From Thermodesulfobacteriota bacterium (GTDB lineage: Bacteria; Desulfobacterota; WTBG01; CAIYCZ01; CAIRTM01), in NCBI GenBank assembly GCA_028282925.1, contig JANQGV010000012.1, positions 7,787 through 71,786 on the forward strand: a DNA stretch of 64,000 nucleotides. The letters are read 5' to 3'. Position 1 is the stretch's first letter. Each line of letters starts with the position of its first letter. Below the pieces are notes generated by a model. It was not told where the DNA came from and did not search any database. It was given only the letters and a program-made list of their open reading frames with translations. Shown in pieces: positions 9,586-19,165 of the stretch. Both the position numbers and the translations under genes were made by a program.

Positions 9586-9994
9586 CCGTCCAAACCGTCC
9601 CACCGGCGATATCAGCCTGACGCCGATTATCGATATGGTGTTTCTTTTGCTGATTTTTTTTCTGCTGACCTCCAGTTTTATGAAGGATCAGGGCATCACC
9701 GTCAACCTGCCGTCATCGGCGTCGCCCCTTGCGCAGAAGCCGGAAAGCGTGACCGTCAGTATCGATCAGGATAAAATAATCTATATCAACAGCAGCCGGA
9801 CAACACTGCCGCGACTGGAAAAGGATCTTCAGGGTGCATACCATACCACGGGGGCAAAAAACGTAATAATCAAAGCGGACACCGCCAATTCAATTCAGCT
9901 GCTGATACGGGTAATGGATGTCGTTAATGCTTCGGGGGCGGAAAGCCTTACCCTGGCAACCAAGATGGAACTATCACCGGCTCAGGACCAATGA
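9572..9994 (+). CDS. exbD: ExbD/TolR biopolymer transport protein
   Basis: LTPIIDMVFLLLIFFLLTSSF N-terminal TM segment and the periplasmic domain fold typical of ExbD. The start is set at MMEFNRP because the ORF-track start overlaps exbB. Confidence 0.85.
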   Translation: MMEFNRPNRPTGDISLTPIIDMVFLLLIFFLLTSSFMKDQGITVNLPSSASPLAQKPESVTVSIDQDKIIYINSSRTTLPRLEKDLQGAYHTTGAKNVIIKADTANSIQLLIRVMDVVNASGAESLTLATKMELSPAQDQ

Positions 9995-10707
9995 TCCCGG
10001 TCAGGCGAAATACCTTTGCCATACCTCTGCTTGTATCAACGGCCCTGCATGCCCTGCTTGCGGCACTCCTGTTTTACACACCTTCAAATGTCGCCGAGCG
10101 GCATTCATCGTCACGCCACATTACATTCAATTTCAAGCAGGTTTTGCAAAAGCAGAAACCGGTACCACAACAGAAATCGCAGGAAAAAGTGGTTTCAAAG
10201 AAGAAACATACGCAAGAACCTTTGAAAAAGCCTGTAATAGAAAAAACGCTTACATCTTCACAGCCAAAGGCGGTTTCCCTGCCTGAGCCACAGCCTGTAG
10301 AGGCGGTCGAACCTGTGCCGAAGGCGAAAAATAATCCGGTAATGAAAAAAAGGGTAGAAAATCCTGCCGCTGAATCCGCATCCGCGCCGGATTCCCGCGC
10401 TCTTGCCGAACAAAAACGCGCTATAGACGAATTCCTCGCACAGATCCTGTGTCGTATCGAACAGGCGAAACGCTATCCCCGTGCAGCCCGTCGGCGGGGC
10501 GTGACAGGAACCGTCACCTGCCGGTTTGTCATTGCCCGTGACGGTACACTGCAGAGTGCAGAGGTGCATTCCGCCGCCAGGCATGCCGCCCTCAACAGGG
10601 CGGCCCTTGCCGCAATTCGCAACGGGGCACCCTATCCAGAATTCCCGTCGTATATAAACGGGGAAACGTTCTCTTCGCTTGTTGATATTGTATTCAAGAT
10701 TAAGTAA
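9991..10707 (+). CDS. tonB: Energy transducer TonB
   Basis: N-terminal TM anchor, Pro/Lys-rich spacer (PVPQQKSQEK...PEPQPVEAVEPVPK) and C-terminal TonB domain (RYPRAARRRGVTGTVTCRFVIARDGTL...NGAPYPEFP). Confidence 0.85.
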   Translation: MIPVRRNTFAIPLLVSTALHALLAALLFYTPSNVAERHSSSRHITFNFKQVLQKQKPVPQQKSQEKVVSKKKHTQEPLKKPVIEKTLTSSQPKAVSLPEPQPVEAVEPVPKAKNNPVMKKRVENPAAESASAPDSRALAEQKRAIDEFLAQILCRIEQAKRYPRAARRRGVTGTVTCRFVIARDGTLQSAEVHSAARHAALNRAALAAIRNGAPYPEFPSYINGETFSSLVDIVFKIK

Positions 10708-10849
10708 CACAGCGCCGCATATAACTTTAGTTGTATGTGAAAAACACACCCTACGTTATATTGACGGCGGGATGCAGGGTGTGAGATACTACAGAAGTAA
10801 TAAAAAGCATATAACCGGGTGCCTTACCGGAAGGATCTTGCGATACTGA

Positions 10850-11045
10850 TCAATATCCCTCGGGTAAGCAAATAGGGAAAACGGTGCAAATCCGTTGCGG
10901 ACCCGCCGCTGTAACCCTGTCCTTTTGTGCGATTTGCAAAAAAGGAACCCTTTGGCCGTAATGCCACTGTTCCGATAGGGCGGAATGGGAAGGTGGTCAA
11001 AGGGGCTGGGAAGCCAGAAGACCTGCCCGGGTAATGAGATCCCAA
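10850..11045 (+). promoter_or_regulatory. Cobalamin riboswitch, copy 2
   Basis: AATAGGGAAAACGGTGCAAATCCGTTGCGGACCCGCCGCTGTAACC, ATGCCACTG...GGGAAGGTGG, and B12 box GAAGCCAGAAGACCTGCCCGG. A close paralogue of copy 3. Confidence 0.8.
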
Positions 11046-11093
11046 TCGGCTTTCGTGGACTAAAGCCTGCCGGGAAACAATCGGGATGAAAAC

Positions 11094-11136
11094 GGAATCC
11101 CTGCGTGAAAAGGCACGCAGGGATTCTTTTATTTTA
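11094..11136 (+). terminator. Rho-independent terminator, expression platform of riboswitch 2
   Basis: AATCCCTGCGTG-aaaagg-CACGCAGGGATT followed by CTTTTATTTT, about 17 nt before ATG 11153. Confidence 0.55.
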
Positions 11137-11152
11137 AGGGGAGTACGGTATT

Positions 11153-12991
11153 ATGAAAAAATGTTTTTTTGTATTGTCGGCAGTACTGATATGCATCCAG
11201 GGGTTGTGTATGCCATCGACAACGTGCGCTGCCGATCCTCCCCTGGAGTATGTACTGCAGGGGACGTGTTATGTTGATACGGATGCAAACGGCACGTTCG
11301 ACGTAACCGAGCAGGGCATAGACAATGCGACCGTAACGCTCACCAGGCTGCTGTTCGGTATTATTCCGGTGGAGTCACAAACTACGCATACGGATCCTGG
11401 TGGAAATTATTCATTTGCGGATCTGGGTTTCGGTTTCTATGCTGTTCACTGCGATCCCCCCCTTAAAACCGAATCCCTGTCGGCAAATCCTGCTATTGCA
11501 TTGCTTTCTTTTTTTCAGCCAAACCGCACCATTGACTTCGGATTCTCCGTGACACCGGCAGCTTATCCCGTGTCGGTTAGCATAAGCGCCGAACCGGGCC
11601 AGATAACCCGTGGTGATTCCACGGTTCTGAGCTGGAACGCGATGTATGCCGAACGGGTCAGCATCGATAACGGTATTGGAGAGGTTGCAATGTCCGGAAG
11701 TCTTACGCTCTCTCCATCGGACAATACAACCTACACCGCAATCGCAGAAAGAAAAGGGGAAACGGCAGGCGCGAGCGTTACGGTTGCTGTGCTGGTGCCG
11801 GCACCTCCGCCCACTTCTTCATCAACATCATCGGTCCCGCCAACAACAACCACCACCACGGTATCGTCCGGTGGTGGAAGCGGTAAGCCGAGTTCATCTA
11901 CAACCTCAATTCTTCCTGATCCGCCTTCTCCGGTGTCCGGTATGATAGCTGCTCCCGGCGATGCCAAGATTGGGCTGGCATGGTCAAACCCTGATGATTC
12001 CAGTTGGGCCGGCACCCTGATCGTACGCAGCCAGGACGATTATCCGTTCTCCCCCGATGAAGGGGATGTGGTTTATGACGGTATCGAATCGGACTGGGTC
12101 GATGAAGATCTGGAAAACAACATTGAATACTATTACACGGCCTTTTCTTATTCCGCAGGCCCCAGTTATGCTGCAGTAGATAATGGCTCGCGGGCAGCGG
12201 CAACCCCGCTGGCGATTACCGATTCCAGCACATCGGACTGGCGCAACCAGCCCGACCCTTTTGCCGACCGCCTTGTCACCTATGAATCGGCGGTGCTTGT
12301 ATACGATGCCGAGGGTGAACCGTATCCCTACGGCAGGGATGCTTTGCCGGATGTTGTCCTGGGGCCGCCTGTCAGCGACCAGGAGAATGGGGGCGGCTTT
12401 CATGTTTTATCCCTTGGGGCGCAAAGCTATTCTGATAACAATACCTGTGATCCATGCGGCGGGTATATTATAGTGCAATTCACCGACAACATCATCGTTA
12501 ATGGGCCGGGAGATGATTTTACCGTCTTTGAAAACCCTTTCATAATTACTGCTGGCCATCAAAATATTGGCGGTGCCTTTATGGAACCGGCGGTCGTATC
12601 GGTAAGCCAGGACGGGGACACCTTTTATCAATTTCCCTGTGATTTTGTGCCTCCTGCAATTGAGGATCCTACACGCGATGATCTTATACTGCACTGCACT
12701 AATCCCGATAATTATCCAACAGGTTTTGCCGGAATACATCCCGTTCATTCCATCGGCCTGGAGCCTGATCCGACAGACCCGGCAGTTTCAGGCGGCGACA
12801 GCTTCGACCTTGACGACCTGGACGGCATATCGCTCAGATGGATTCAATATGTAAAAATTCAGTCGACGGGCGACAACTGGATGCTGGACTCGGACGGTGA
12901 TGTTATACGTCATGATCCAGAGACATACGCATGCGCTGGAACAGAAAATTCCGGCTTTGATCTAGATGCCGTCAGCGCAATACATTACTGA
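11153..12991 (+). CDS. Large secreted multidomain protein (Ig-like domain, Thr/Ser/Pro linker, FN3-like domain) with a conserved C-terminal domain shared with ORF 13105-15219. Riboswitch-controlled candidate corrinoid-binding surface protein
   Basis: Signal peptide MKKCFFVLSAVLICIQGLCM. Low-complexity PPPTSSSTSSVPPTTTTTTVSSGGGSGKPSSSTTS linker. The C-terminal ~250 aa (GGYIIVQFTDNIIVNGPGDDFTVFENPF...GFAGIH...SGFDLDAVSAIHY) align with the second protein. The C-domain may correspond to a DUF4465-like (BtuH-type) fold; I cannot confirm this without a search. Confidence 0.7.
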   Translation: MKKCFFVLSAVLICIQGLCMPSTTCAADPPLEYVLQGTCYVDTDANGTFDVTEQGIDNATVTLTRLLFGIIPVESQTTHTDPGGNYSFADLGFGFYAVHCDPPLKTESLSANPAIALLSFFQPNRTIDFGFSVTPAAYPVSVSISAEPGQITRGDSTVLSWNAMYAERVSIDNGIGEVAMSGSLTLSPSDNTTYTAIAERKGETAGASVTVAVLVPAPPPTSSSTSSVPPTTTTTTVSSGGGSGKPSSSTTSILPDPPSPVSGMIAAPGDAKIGLAWSNPDDSSWAGTLIVRSQDDYPFSPDEGDVVYDGIESDWVDEDLENNIEYYYTAFSYSAGPSYAAVDNGSRAAATPLAITDSSTSDWRNQPDPFADRLVTYESAVLVYDAEGEPYPYGRDALPDVVLGPPVSDQENGGGFHVLSLGAQSYSDNNTCDPCGGYIIVQFTDNIIVNGPGDDFTVFENPFIITAGHQNIGGAFMEPAVVSVSQDGDTFYQFPCDFVPPAIEDPTRDDLILHCTNPDNYPTGFAGIHPVHSIGLEPDPTDPAVSGGDSFDLDDLDGISLRWIQYVKIQSTGDNWMLDSDGDVIRHDPETYACAGTENSGFDLDAVSAIHY

Positions 12992-13104
12992 TGTATTCAT
13001 AACTATAATTATCAACAAACGAAAGGGGGTGATAGTACTGAAAAGAAACAACCGGTTTTTTTTACTTCCAATAACTCATGTACAGATAAAGGAGATACAT
13101 CACT

Positions 13105-15219
13105 ATGAAAAAGGTTTTTAAAGCTATGCTCATCTGTCTGGCCCTGACATCAATTGCTTTCGGCAATGCCGGAGCCTATCCTTTCAGCGTCAGTACCGAC
13201 ATCCGGTCCGGCATCAACCAGGACAACCGGGTCGTCTGCTTCAACGAAAAAGCATATGTAATCGAACGGGCCGGCCAGTACGCTTCCGGCGACGGTACCA
13301 TTACCGTGCTGTCCCTGAACGATCTTGCCGGAACACCGGAAGCAAGCTACAGTGTCGGCACCAGCTCCAACCCCTACGACATTGCCTTTCACGACGCGAA
13401 CAAGGCCTACGTTTCACGTTACAATATGGGTGATGTGGCCATTATCGATCCGACCGACGGAACCCTGCAGGGCACCATTGCGCCGAAAGATTACGGGTGC
13501 GATACCTCCGCCACCCCGTCATATCTGCACGTCGTGCAGAACTGGAACGGGTTTTCACGGGTGGACAGCCGCCTTTTTATCGGTGTGCAGGACGGATGGG
13601 GCAATCCCGGCAAGGTGCTGGTGTTCGACACCGATACCGACGCCCATCTGGCAACCATTTCGCTGACCCTGCAAAACCCCAACGCCGACATGGACTACAA
13701 TGACGGCCAGCTGTATGTCAGTTGCACCGGCGACTGGAGTACGCCCGCAACCGCCGGTGTGGAGGTCATAGATGTCATGACCCAGTCGGGGGGTAGTTAC
13801 ACCTATTCGTCCTACGTGCTCGGCACGGCGGCCGATTTTGAGACAAATGCGGTAACAGTGCATGATATCGAAATCGTCAATAACAGCCTCTGGTTTGTGG
13901 TAGTGGGTAAAAACTGGGGATATGATTATAATATCGTCAAAATCGACCCCTATTCGGCGGCATACATTGAAAGCCTGTATGCGTCATATACTTCCGATTA
14001 TGTAGGCGAGCTGCAGGCGTACATGCCGTCGTACCTTTTTATCAGCCAGTCAGACAAAAAGAGCTCAACCGGCACGCTGTTTCCCGTGTACGATTTTATG
14101 CAGGAAGCCTTTATCGACCCGGTGAGCGCCGGAACCGAAGTAGTCTACTCGCTGACGGCGCACCGTGAGATGGTGCTGGCAACAACCTCAAACTATAGCT
14201 GGCAGAATCCGGCCGGCTATCTCGACAGCATCGAGCTTGCAAACCCGGCCTATACGTCGGCCGCAACAACAGTGGAGAGCCTGGTGCGCGGTCCCATCGA
14301 CATCAGCGATCCCGGCGGAGATCTGGCAAGCTACGGCAGCGAAGCCGACGCCCTGGGCGCATACGACGGCAACGTGGTATCATTGGGCGATGGTGGATCA
14401 ATTGTACTGAGCTTTGGTGCGAACACGGTTCTGGACAACCGGGACGGCCCTGATCTCGGAGTGTATGAAAACGGTTTTTTCCAGAACTGGCCCCTGAACG
14501 CAGGATATACGGGCTATTTTTTCGAGCTGGGTTTTGTGGAAGTATCCAGTGATGGTATTAATTTTGCCCGGTTCCCCACGAAAACGGTCCGCATGACGGC
14601 TGTTGGCGGATTTGATATGCTGCAGCCCCTGGACTACTTCGGCTTTGCCGGAAATTCGCTGGGAAGCGTCAGTTGTAATTACGACCTGGACGCTCTTGCC
14701 AATGATCCGCTGGTGCTGGACGGCACCGTTGATCTGGATCTGGTCCGCTATGTGCGTATTGTGGATGTCATCGGCGACGGCAGCACATCCGACAGCCTGG
14801 GCAGTCCGGTGTATGATCCGTATCCTACCGCCTTTTCAAGCGGCGGGTTCGACCTGGATGCGGTTGAAGCCTTTGTCAAGGAAGATCCGACCCTGATACA
14901 CCTTGCGGAACTGGAAGCCGTTCCGGGCAGCAACAGTGTAACGATTGAATGGAAAACGGAGAGCGAGATCGACAATGCCGGGTTCAATGTCTACCGGGCG
15001 GCTGCAGGAGATGCCGACTTCGTGCAGATCAACAGCACGCTGATTCCCGCCCAGGGCTCTGTCGCAGAGAGTGCGGCATACACTTTCACCGACGAGGACG
15101 CCAGAAACCGCCGGTCCTACCAGTATATGATTGAGGATATCGATCTGAACGGTACGGCAACCATGCACGGCCCCGTGAATGCCATGCCGCTTCTCATCTA
15201 CAGCCTGATACAGAAATAG
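13105..15219 (+). CDS. Large secreted protein: N-terminal YncE-like beta-propeller (paralogous to ORF 3997-5517), a conserved C-domain shared with ORF 11153-12991, and an FN3-like tail
   Basis: Signal peptide MKKVFKAMLICLALTSIAFGNAGA. KAYVIERAGQYASGDGTITVLSLNDLAG...YSVGTSSNPYDIAF aligns with the 506-aa protein. The C-domain (GNVVSLGDGGSIVLSFGAN...GPDLGVYENGFF...FGFAGNSLG...GGFDLDAVEAF) aligns with ORF 11153. RBS AAAGGAG lies 8 nt upstream. Confidence 0.7.
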   Translation: MKKVFKAMLICLALTSIAFGNAGAYPFSVSTDIRSGINQDNRVVCFNEKAYVIERAGQYASGDGTITVLSLNDLAGTPEASYSVGTSSNPYDIAFHDANKAYVSRYNMGDVAIIDPTDGTLQGTIAPKDYGCDTSATPSYLHVVQNWNGFSRVDSRLFIGVQDGWGNPGKVLVFDTDTDAHLATISLTLQNPNADMDYNDGQLYVSCTGDWSTPATAGVEVIDVMTQSGGSYTYSSYVLGTAADFETNAVTVHDIEIVNNSLWFVVVGKNWGYDYNIVKIDPYSAAYIESLYASYTSDYVGELQAYMPSYLFISQSDKKSSTGTLFPVYDFMQEAFIDPVSAGTEVVYSLTAHREMVLATTSNYSWQNPAGYLDSIELANPAYTSAATTVESLVRGPIDISDPGGDLASYGSEADALGAYDGNVVSLGDGGSIVLSFGANTVLDNRDGPDLGVYENGFFQNWPLNAGYTGYFFELGFVEVSSDGINFARFPTKTVRMTAVGGFDMLQPLDYFGFAGNSLGSVSCNYDLDALANDPLVLDGTVDLDLVRYVRIVDVIGDGSTSDSLGSPVYDPYPTAFSSGGFDLDAVEAFVKEDPTLIHLAELEAVPGSNSVTIEWKTESEIDNAGFNVYRAAAGDADFVQINSTLIPAQGSVAESAAYTFTDEDARNRRSYQYMIEDIDLNGTATMHGPVNAMPLLIYSLIQK

Positions 15220-15259
15220 AATACGCGGGTAATGATGCCTGCGTTATTCTTTATGAACA

Positions 15260-15298
15260 GGGCAAACCGAACCACCCCGGGTTTGCCCTGTTTTTTTG
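15260..15298 (+). terminator. Rho-independent terminator after the riboswitch-2 operon
   Basis: GGGCAAACCGAACCACCCCGGGTTTGCCC followed by TGTTTTTTTGCC. Confidence 0.6.
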
Positions 15299-15376
15299 CC
15301 GAGGGTTACTCATTGATATGGCGTTTTTTTTAAGATGAAATGTGCGGGACGGCCGGTACGGCGGTTCGGTGGGTTT

Positions 15377-15880
15377 TTAGAGATGCCGTATCATGCGGAC
15401 ACTATCGGCACCGTCGGCCCATTTGTGGAAGTCCATGCCCGCAGGAACAAAAGTGCAGGAAAGCAACAGCCGGAGCATGGCGGAATTATCGGCAAAGACC
15501 GATGTGTTCACGGCTTTAAAACCCTGTTCAGCAGATGAATCCAGTGTGCGCTCGATGAGCCGGCGGCCGATACCCTGCTGTTTGAATCCAGGGCGAACCC
15601 CGAGGCCGAAGAGCTCAAAACCTTCAATCGGGTCTGTTTTTAAAACCGCGATTCCGAGAATGACACCGTCGTCGGAAAGGGCACAAAAATAGCGTACCTT
15701 CTGGTCTTTATGGTTTTCAAGCCAGAAGCGTACTTCTTCCTGCTCAAAGGGTTTCAGGGTAAAAGTAAGGTATGTAAGATTGTCGGGGTGGTTCCATATA
15801 TCCAGAAACGCCGGTAACAGAAGGTTTCTGTCGTCAATGTTTTCCTGAGGAGTGAGCTCACGAATAGATATGTCTTCCAT
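15377..15880 (-). CDS. GNAT-family N-acetyltransferase
   Basis: 167 aa; acetyl-CoA-binding motif region RPGFKQQGIGRRLIERTL and the GNAT fold signature (VILGIAVL). Confidence 0.75.
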   Translation of the reverse strand: MEDISIRELTPQENIDDRNLLLPAFLDIWNHPDNLTYLTFTLKPFEQEEVRFWLENHKDQKVRYFCALSDDGVILGIAVLKTDPIEGFELFGLGVRPGFKQQGIGRRLIERTLDSSAEQGFKAVNTSVFADNSAMLRLLLSCTFVPAGMDFHKWADGADSVRMIRHL

Positions 15881-16005
15881 TGGTTACCTCCCGAGCAGAA
15901 TCCCGTTGCTTCAAAAGTATGCAGTAACAGTAGCAAATTCCGATTCGCGAGACAATCCTTAAATCAGGCAGCCGGAATTGAAGTCAAATTACCTATAAAG
16001 AACCG

Positions 16006-18420
16006 TTATGATTCCTGCTGTTGCGGCTCGTCTCCGTTTAAGACGGTGCGGGCAATGGTAACCGCCCCTTGAGCGTCAGGGGCATAGTAATCGGATTTGA
16101 TCATATCGGCTGTTTCGGGGTTTAATACAGCGCCGCCCACCATTACAACGCAGGGGAGCTGTTCCTGCCGTAAAGCTGCAATGGTTTCTTCCATGCTTTG
16201 CACCGTTGTGGTCATCAGGGCGCTCAAACCGACCAGCCGTATATTTTCAGAGCGCACTTTCGCAACAATCTCATCCGGCGCTACATCCTTGCCCATATCG
16301 ATCACATCATATCCGTAGTTTTCCAGCAGCACTTTTACAATATTTTTACCAATGTCGTGAATATCTCCTTTAACGGTTGCCAGCAATACCTTCCCACGGC
16401 TGAGTGATTCTCCTCCTTCACGGCTGACCTGCTCTTTGATGACTGCAAATGCCTCTTTTACGGTTTCAGCCGACTGGATCAGCTGGGGCAGGAACAGGTC
16501 CCCCTGCTCATAGCGCTTGCCTACTTCGTCAAGGGCCGGCATCAGCTGTTTTTCAACAATGTCCATGGGTGCCTCGGTACGAAGCAGTTTACGAGTGGCA
16601 GAAGCGGCAGTTTCACGCAAACCGTTGATAACAATCATGCGCAGTCCGTCGACACCGGATGCTCCGGTATCGCCGGAGGAGCCTTTAGCGGAAGACGGAA
16701 CCGGGGCCTTTGTGCCGGCATATGCGTCGATAAAACTGCGGGATTCACGGTCGTGACCGGCCAGGACCCGCCAGGCGGCAATGCTTTCCATCATGCCGGT
16801 TGACAGCGGATTCATGATAGGAGCGTCAATGCCCACCGCAAGAGCCATTGCCAGATAGGTACGGTTAAGAATATCCCGGCGGGGCAGACCGAACGATACA
16901 TTGCTGACTCCCAGGACAGTGCACACGCCGAGACCCTCCTTAACCATCCGAATGGCCTTCAGGGTTTCGGCAACGGCCGCCTGCTGGGCGGACGCGGTCA
17001 GCACCAGGCAGTCTATCAGCACGTTCTCCCGGGGAATGCCGGCATCCTGCGCTGCTGCGACAATCCTTTCGGCAATAGCGAACCGCTCACGGGCTGTTTC
17101 AGGTATTCCGGCCTCATCAAGAGTGAGTCCCAGGATACAGGCCCCGTATTTTTCGGCAATGGGTAAAATAGACTCAAGCGACTGTCGTTCGCCGTTAACG
17201 GAGTTAATCAGAGGTTTGCCGTTATATATCCGTGCGCCGGCTTCGATTACTTCCGGGCTGGTGCTGTCGATCTGCAGGGGCACATCCACAACCGATTGCA
17301 CCTCGCGTATAAGCCGTATCATCATTGCCTGCTCGTCGACCTCGGGCAATCCGCAGTTGATATCAAGGATATGCGCCCCGGCATCACGCTGGCTGATTGC
17401 TTCTCCAAGGATACTGTCAATATTATCGGTGCGCAGGGCCTCTTGAAGCTTTTTCTTTCCGGTCGGGTTTATACGCTCACCGATGATGGTGATATCATCG
17501 CCGATGATATGCGTTCTGGCGGCCGACGTTACAGTCGTTTTCCGCGGTACCCGTGGTACGGGTGGTTTCTGGTCGGCAACAGCCGAGCGGGAAGCCCTGA
17601 TGTACTCAGGGTCGGTCCCGCAGCATCCGCCCAGAATCCTCACGCCCTTTTGCACCATGTGCCGCACGTGGGAGGCAAATTCATCGGGGCGCATGGGAAA
17701 AACGGTTTGGCCGTCCTGCAGGAGCGGCATGCCTGCATTGGGCTGGACGATTACCGGTACATGTGCGGTGGACAGAAACTGCTCGATAATGGGCAGCATC
17801 TCTTTCGGGCCCAGGGAGCAGTTGACCCCCAGCACGTCGGCACCAAGCCCCTCCAGGACGGTAGCGGCCGTTACCGGATCGGTTCCGGTCAGGGTGCGCC
17901 CGTCCTGCTGAAATGACATGGTGCAGACAACCGGCAGGGTGGAATTTTCTTTTGCCGCAAGCACGGCTGCTTTGGCCTCAAGCAGGTCGGTCATGGTTTC
18001 GATAATCACCAGATCCGCACCAGCCGAAGCACCGGCACGTATTTGCCGGGCGAACATGTCATAGGCCTCTTCAAACGACAGGGTTCCGAGGGGCTGCAAC
18101 AGCTGTCCGATAGGCCCGATATCAAGGGCCACGAGCGCGCCTTCGACCCGGCGGGCTATTGCCACGGCCTGTTCTATGCTCTGCTCAACGGTAAGTCCTG
18201 AGCCCTTCAGCTTATACTCATTGGAGCTGAAAGAGTTGGTGGTAAGAATATCAGCCCCGGCATCTGCATACTGGCGGTAAATGTCGGCTACTATGTCGGG
18301 GCTCTCGAAATTGACCAGCTCGGGAAAATCTCCCACCTTGAGGTTCGCCCGCTGCAGCATGGTACCCATTGCTCCGTCAAAAAAGAGCAGGTTGCCGGAC
18401 GAGATCAGTTCACGAAACAC
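16006..18420 (-). CDS. metH: Cobalamin-dependent methionine synthase core (homocysteine S-methyltransferase, pterin-binding and B12-binding domains; no C-terminal reactivation domain). Likely GTG start at 18420
   Basis: N-terminal Hcy-binding domain LLFFDGAMGTMLQ...GGCCGT, pterin-binding domain INCGLPEVDE, and B12-binding DxHxxG motif VKGDIHDIGKNIVKVLLENYGYDVIDMG. The ORF-track start at 18519 would overlap the upstream gene by 110 nt. Confidence 0.85.
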   Translation of the reverse strand: MFRELISSGNLLFFDGAMGTMLQRANLKVGDFPELVNFESPDIVADIYRQYADAGADILTTNSFSSNEYKLKGSGLTVEQSIEQAVAIARRVEGALVALDIGPIGQLLQPLGTLSFEEAYDMFARQIRAGASAGADLVIIETMTDLLEAKAAVLAAKENSTLPVVCTMSFQQDGRTLTGTDPVTAATVLEGLGADVLGVNCSLGPKEMLPIIEQFLSTAHVPVIVQPNAGMPLLQDGQTVFPMRPDEFASHVRHMVQKGVRILGGCCGTDPEYIRASRSAVADQKPPVPRVPRKTTVTSAARTHIIGDDITIIGERINPTGKKKLQEALRTDNIDSILGEAISQRDAGAHILDINCGLPEVDEQAMMIRLIREVQSVVDVPLQIDSTSPEVIEAGARIYNGKPLINSVNGERQSLESILPIAEKYGACILGLTLDEAGIPETARERFAIAERIVAAAQDAGIPRENVLIDCLVLTASAQQAAVAETLKAIRMVKEGLGVCTVLGVSNVSFGLPRRDILNRTYLAMALAVGIDAPIMNPLSTGMMESIAAWRVLAGHDRESRSFIDAYAGTKAPVPSSAKGSSGDTGASGVDGLRMIVINGLRETAASATRKLLRTEAPMDIVEKQLMPALDEVGKRYEQGDLFLPQLIQSAETVKEAFAVIKEQVSREGGESLSRGKVLLATVKGDIHDIGKNIVKVLLENYGYDVIDMGKDVAPDEIVAKVRSENIRLVGLSALMTTTVQSMEETIAALRQEQLPCVVMVGGAVLNPETADMIKSDYYAPDAQGAVTIARTVLNGDEPQQQES

Positions 18421-19084
18421 AGTGTTCTCCTTTCTTTCTATAGAGACATCGCCGGGCTTTTTTACACCCTTCACACCCTGTGCGTGCTTCCGGTGCAAGT
18501 CCGGTGAGTATCCCGACAATTGCGGTTACTGATTTACGAGGCACAAGCAAACACGTATCAGTTGTTGAAACGCCTATGCGGCGGTGGATATCAAGCAATT
18601 GTGCAATATTCGGTTGAATCTGAAGAGGCAGGTCGCCATATCCCGGGCTGAAGCGATGTGTGATATGCAGTCTCTTCTTTTCGGCATATTTTTGCAGTTC
18701 TTCTTCAACACGATCACATACATACTCCACTGCAACCGTCGCGCAGGCGTCCAGCACTATGGTGTCGGCCATGCTTTTTTTGCTTATGCGCGTAAGTAAC
18801 GCGTCAACCCCGGCGCCGATGGTTGCCGCCATAAGCGCGCACTGCACTGCCGAACCCAGATGACCCTTTATGTCCTCTCCCGGCAGCATCAGCACGCCTT
18901 CGCCTATGCGGCAGCCTTCTTCGTTTGCTGTTACATCGAACAGGCCGTAGGTATACCGGGGTGTTGCCGACGCAATCAGCATTTCCGACATGTGTTCAAT
19001 TTGCCGGGTCAGCCGTTCGTCTACAGCCTGCTCACGCCTTCCGAGATACCGGAGCACTTCTGCAAAATCTATGTGAAGTTTCAC
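18410..19084 (-). CDS. Standalone methionine synthase activation (AdoMet-binding reactivation) domain protein
   Basis: 224 aa with RFSPGYGDLPLQ, comparable to the RxxPGYP region of the MetH activation domain. Located immediately upstream of, and overlapping, the truncated metH. Confidence 0.6.
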   Translation of the reverse strand: MKLHIDFAEVLRYLGRREQAVDERLTRQIEHMSEMLIASATPRYTYGLFDVTANEEGCRIGEGVLMLPGEDIKGHLGSAVQCALMAATIGAGVDALLTRISKKSMADTIVLDACATVAVEYVCDRVEEELQKYAEKKRLHITHRFSPGYGDLPLQIQPNIAQLLDIHRRIGVSTTDTCLLVPRKSVTAIVGILTGLAPEARTGCEGCKKARRCLYRKKGEHCVS

Positions 19085-19165
19085 GGCTGGTAAAAATAAA
19101 TAATGGTTATAAAATGATCTTCACGGGAGGCGCGTCCTCTAAAGGAGGCTGTTCCTGTAACGTTT

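Noticed and set aside
9013-9603. 196-aa minus-strand ORF antisense to exbB
   Set aside because: Antisense to a conserved ExbB; Gly/Pro/Gln-rich translation.
16901-17916. 181-, 206- and 142-aa plus-strand ORFs inside metH
   Set aside because: Antisense to MetH; Ser/Arg/Ala-rich frame artefacts typical of high-GC DNA.
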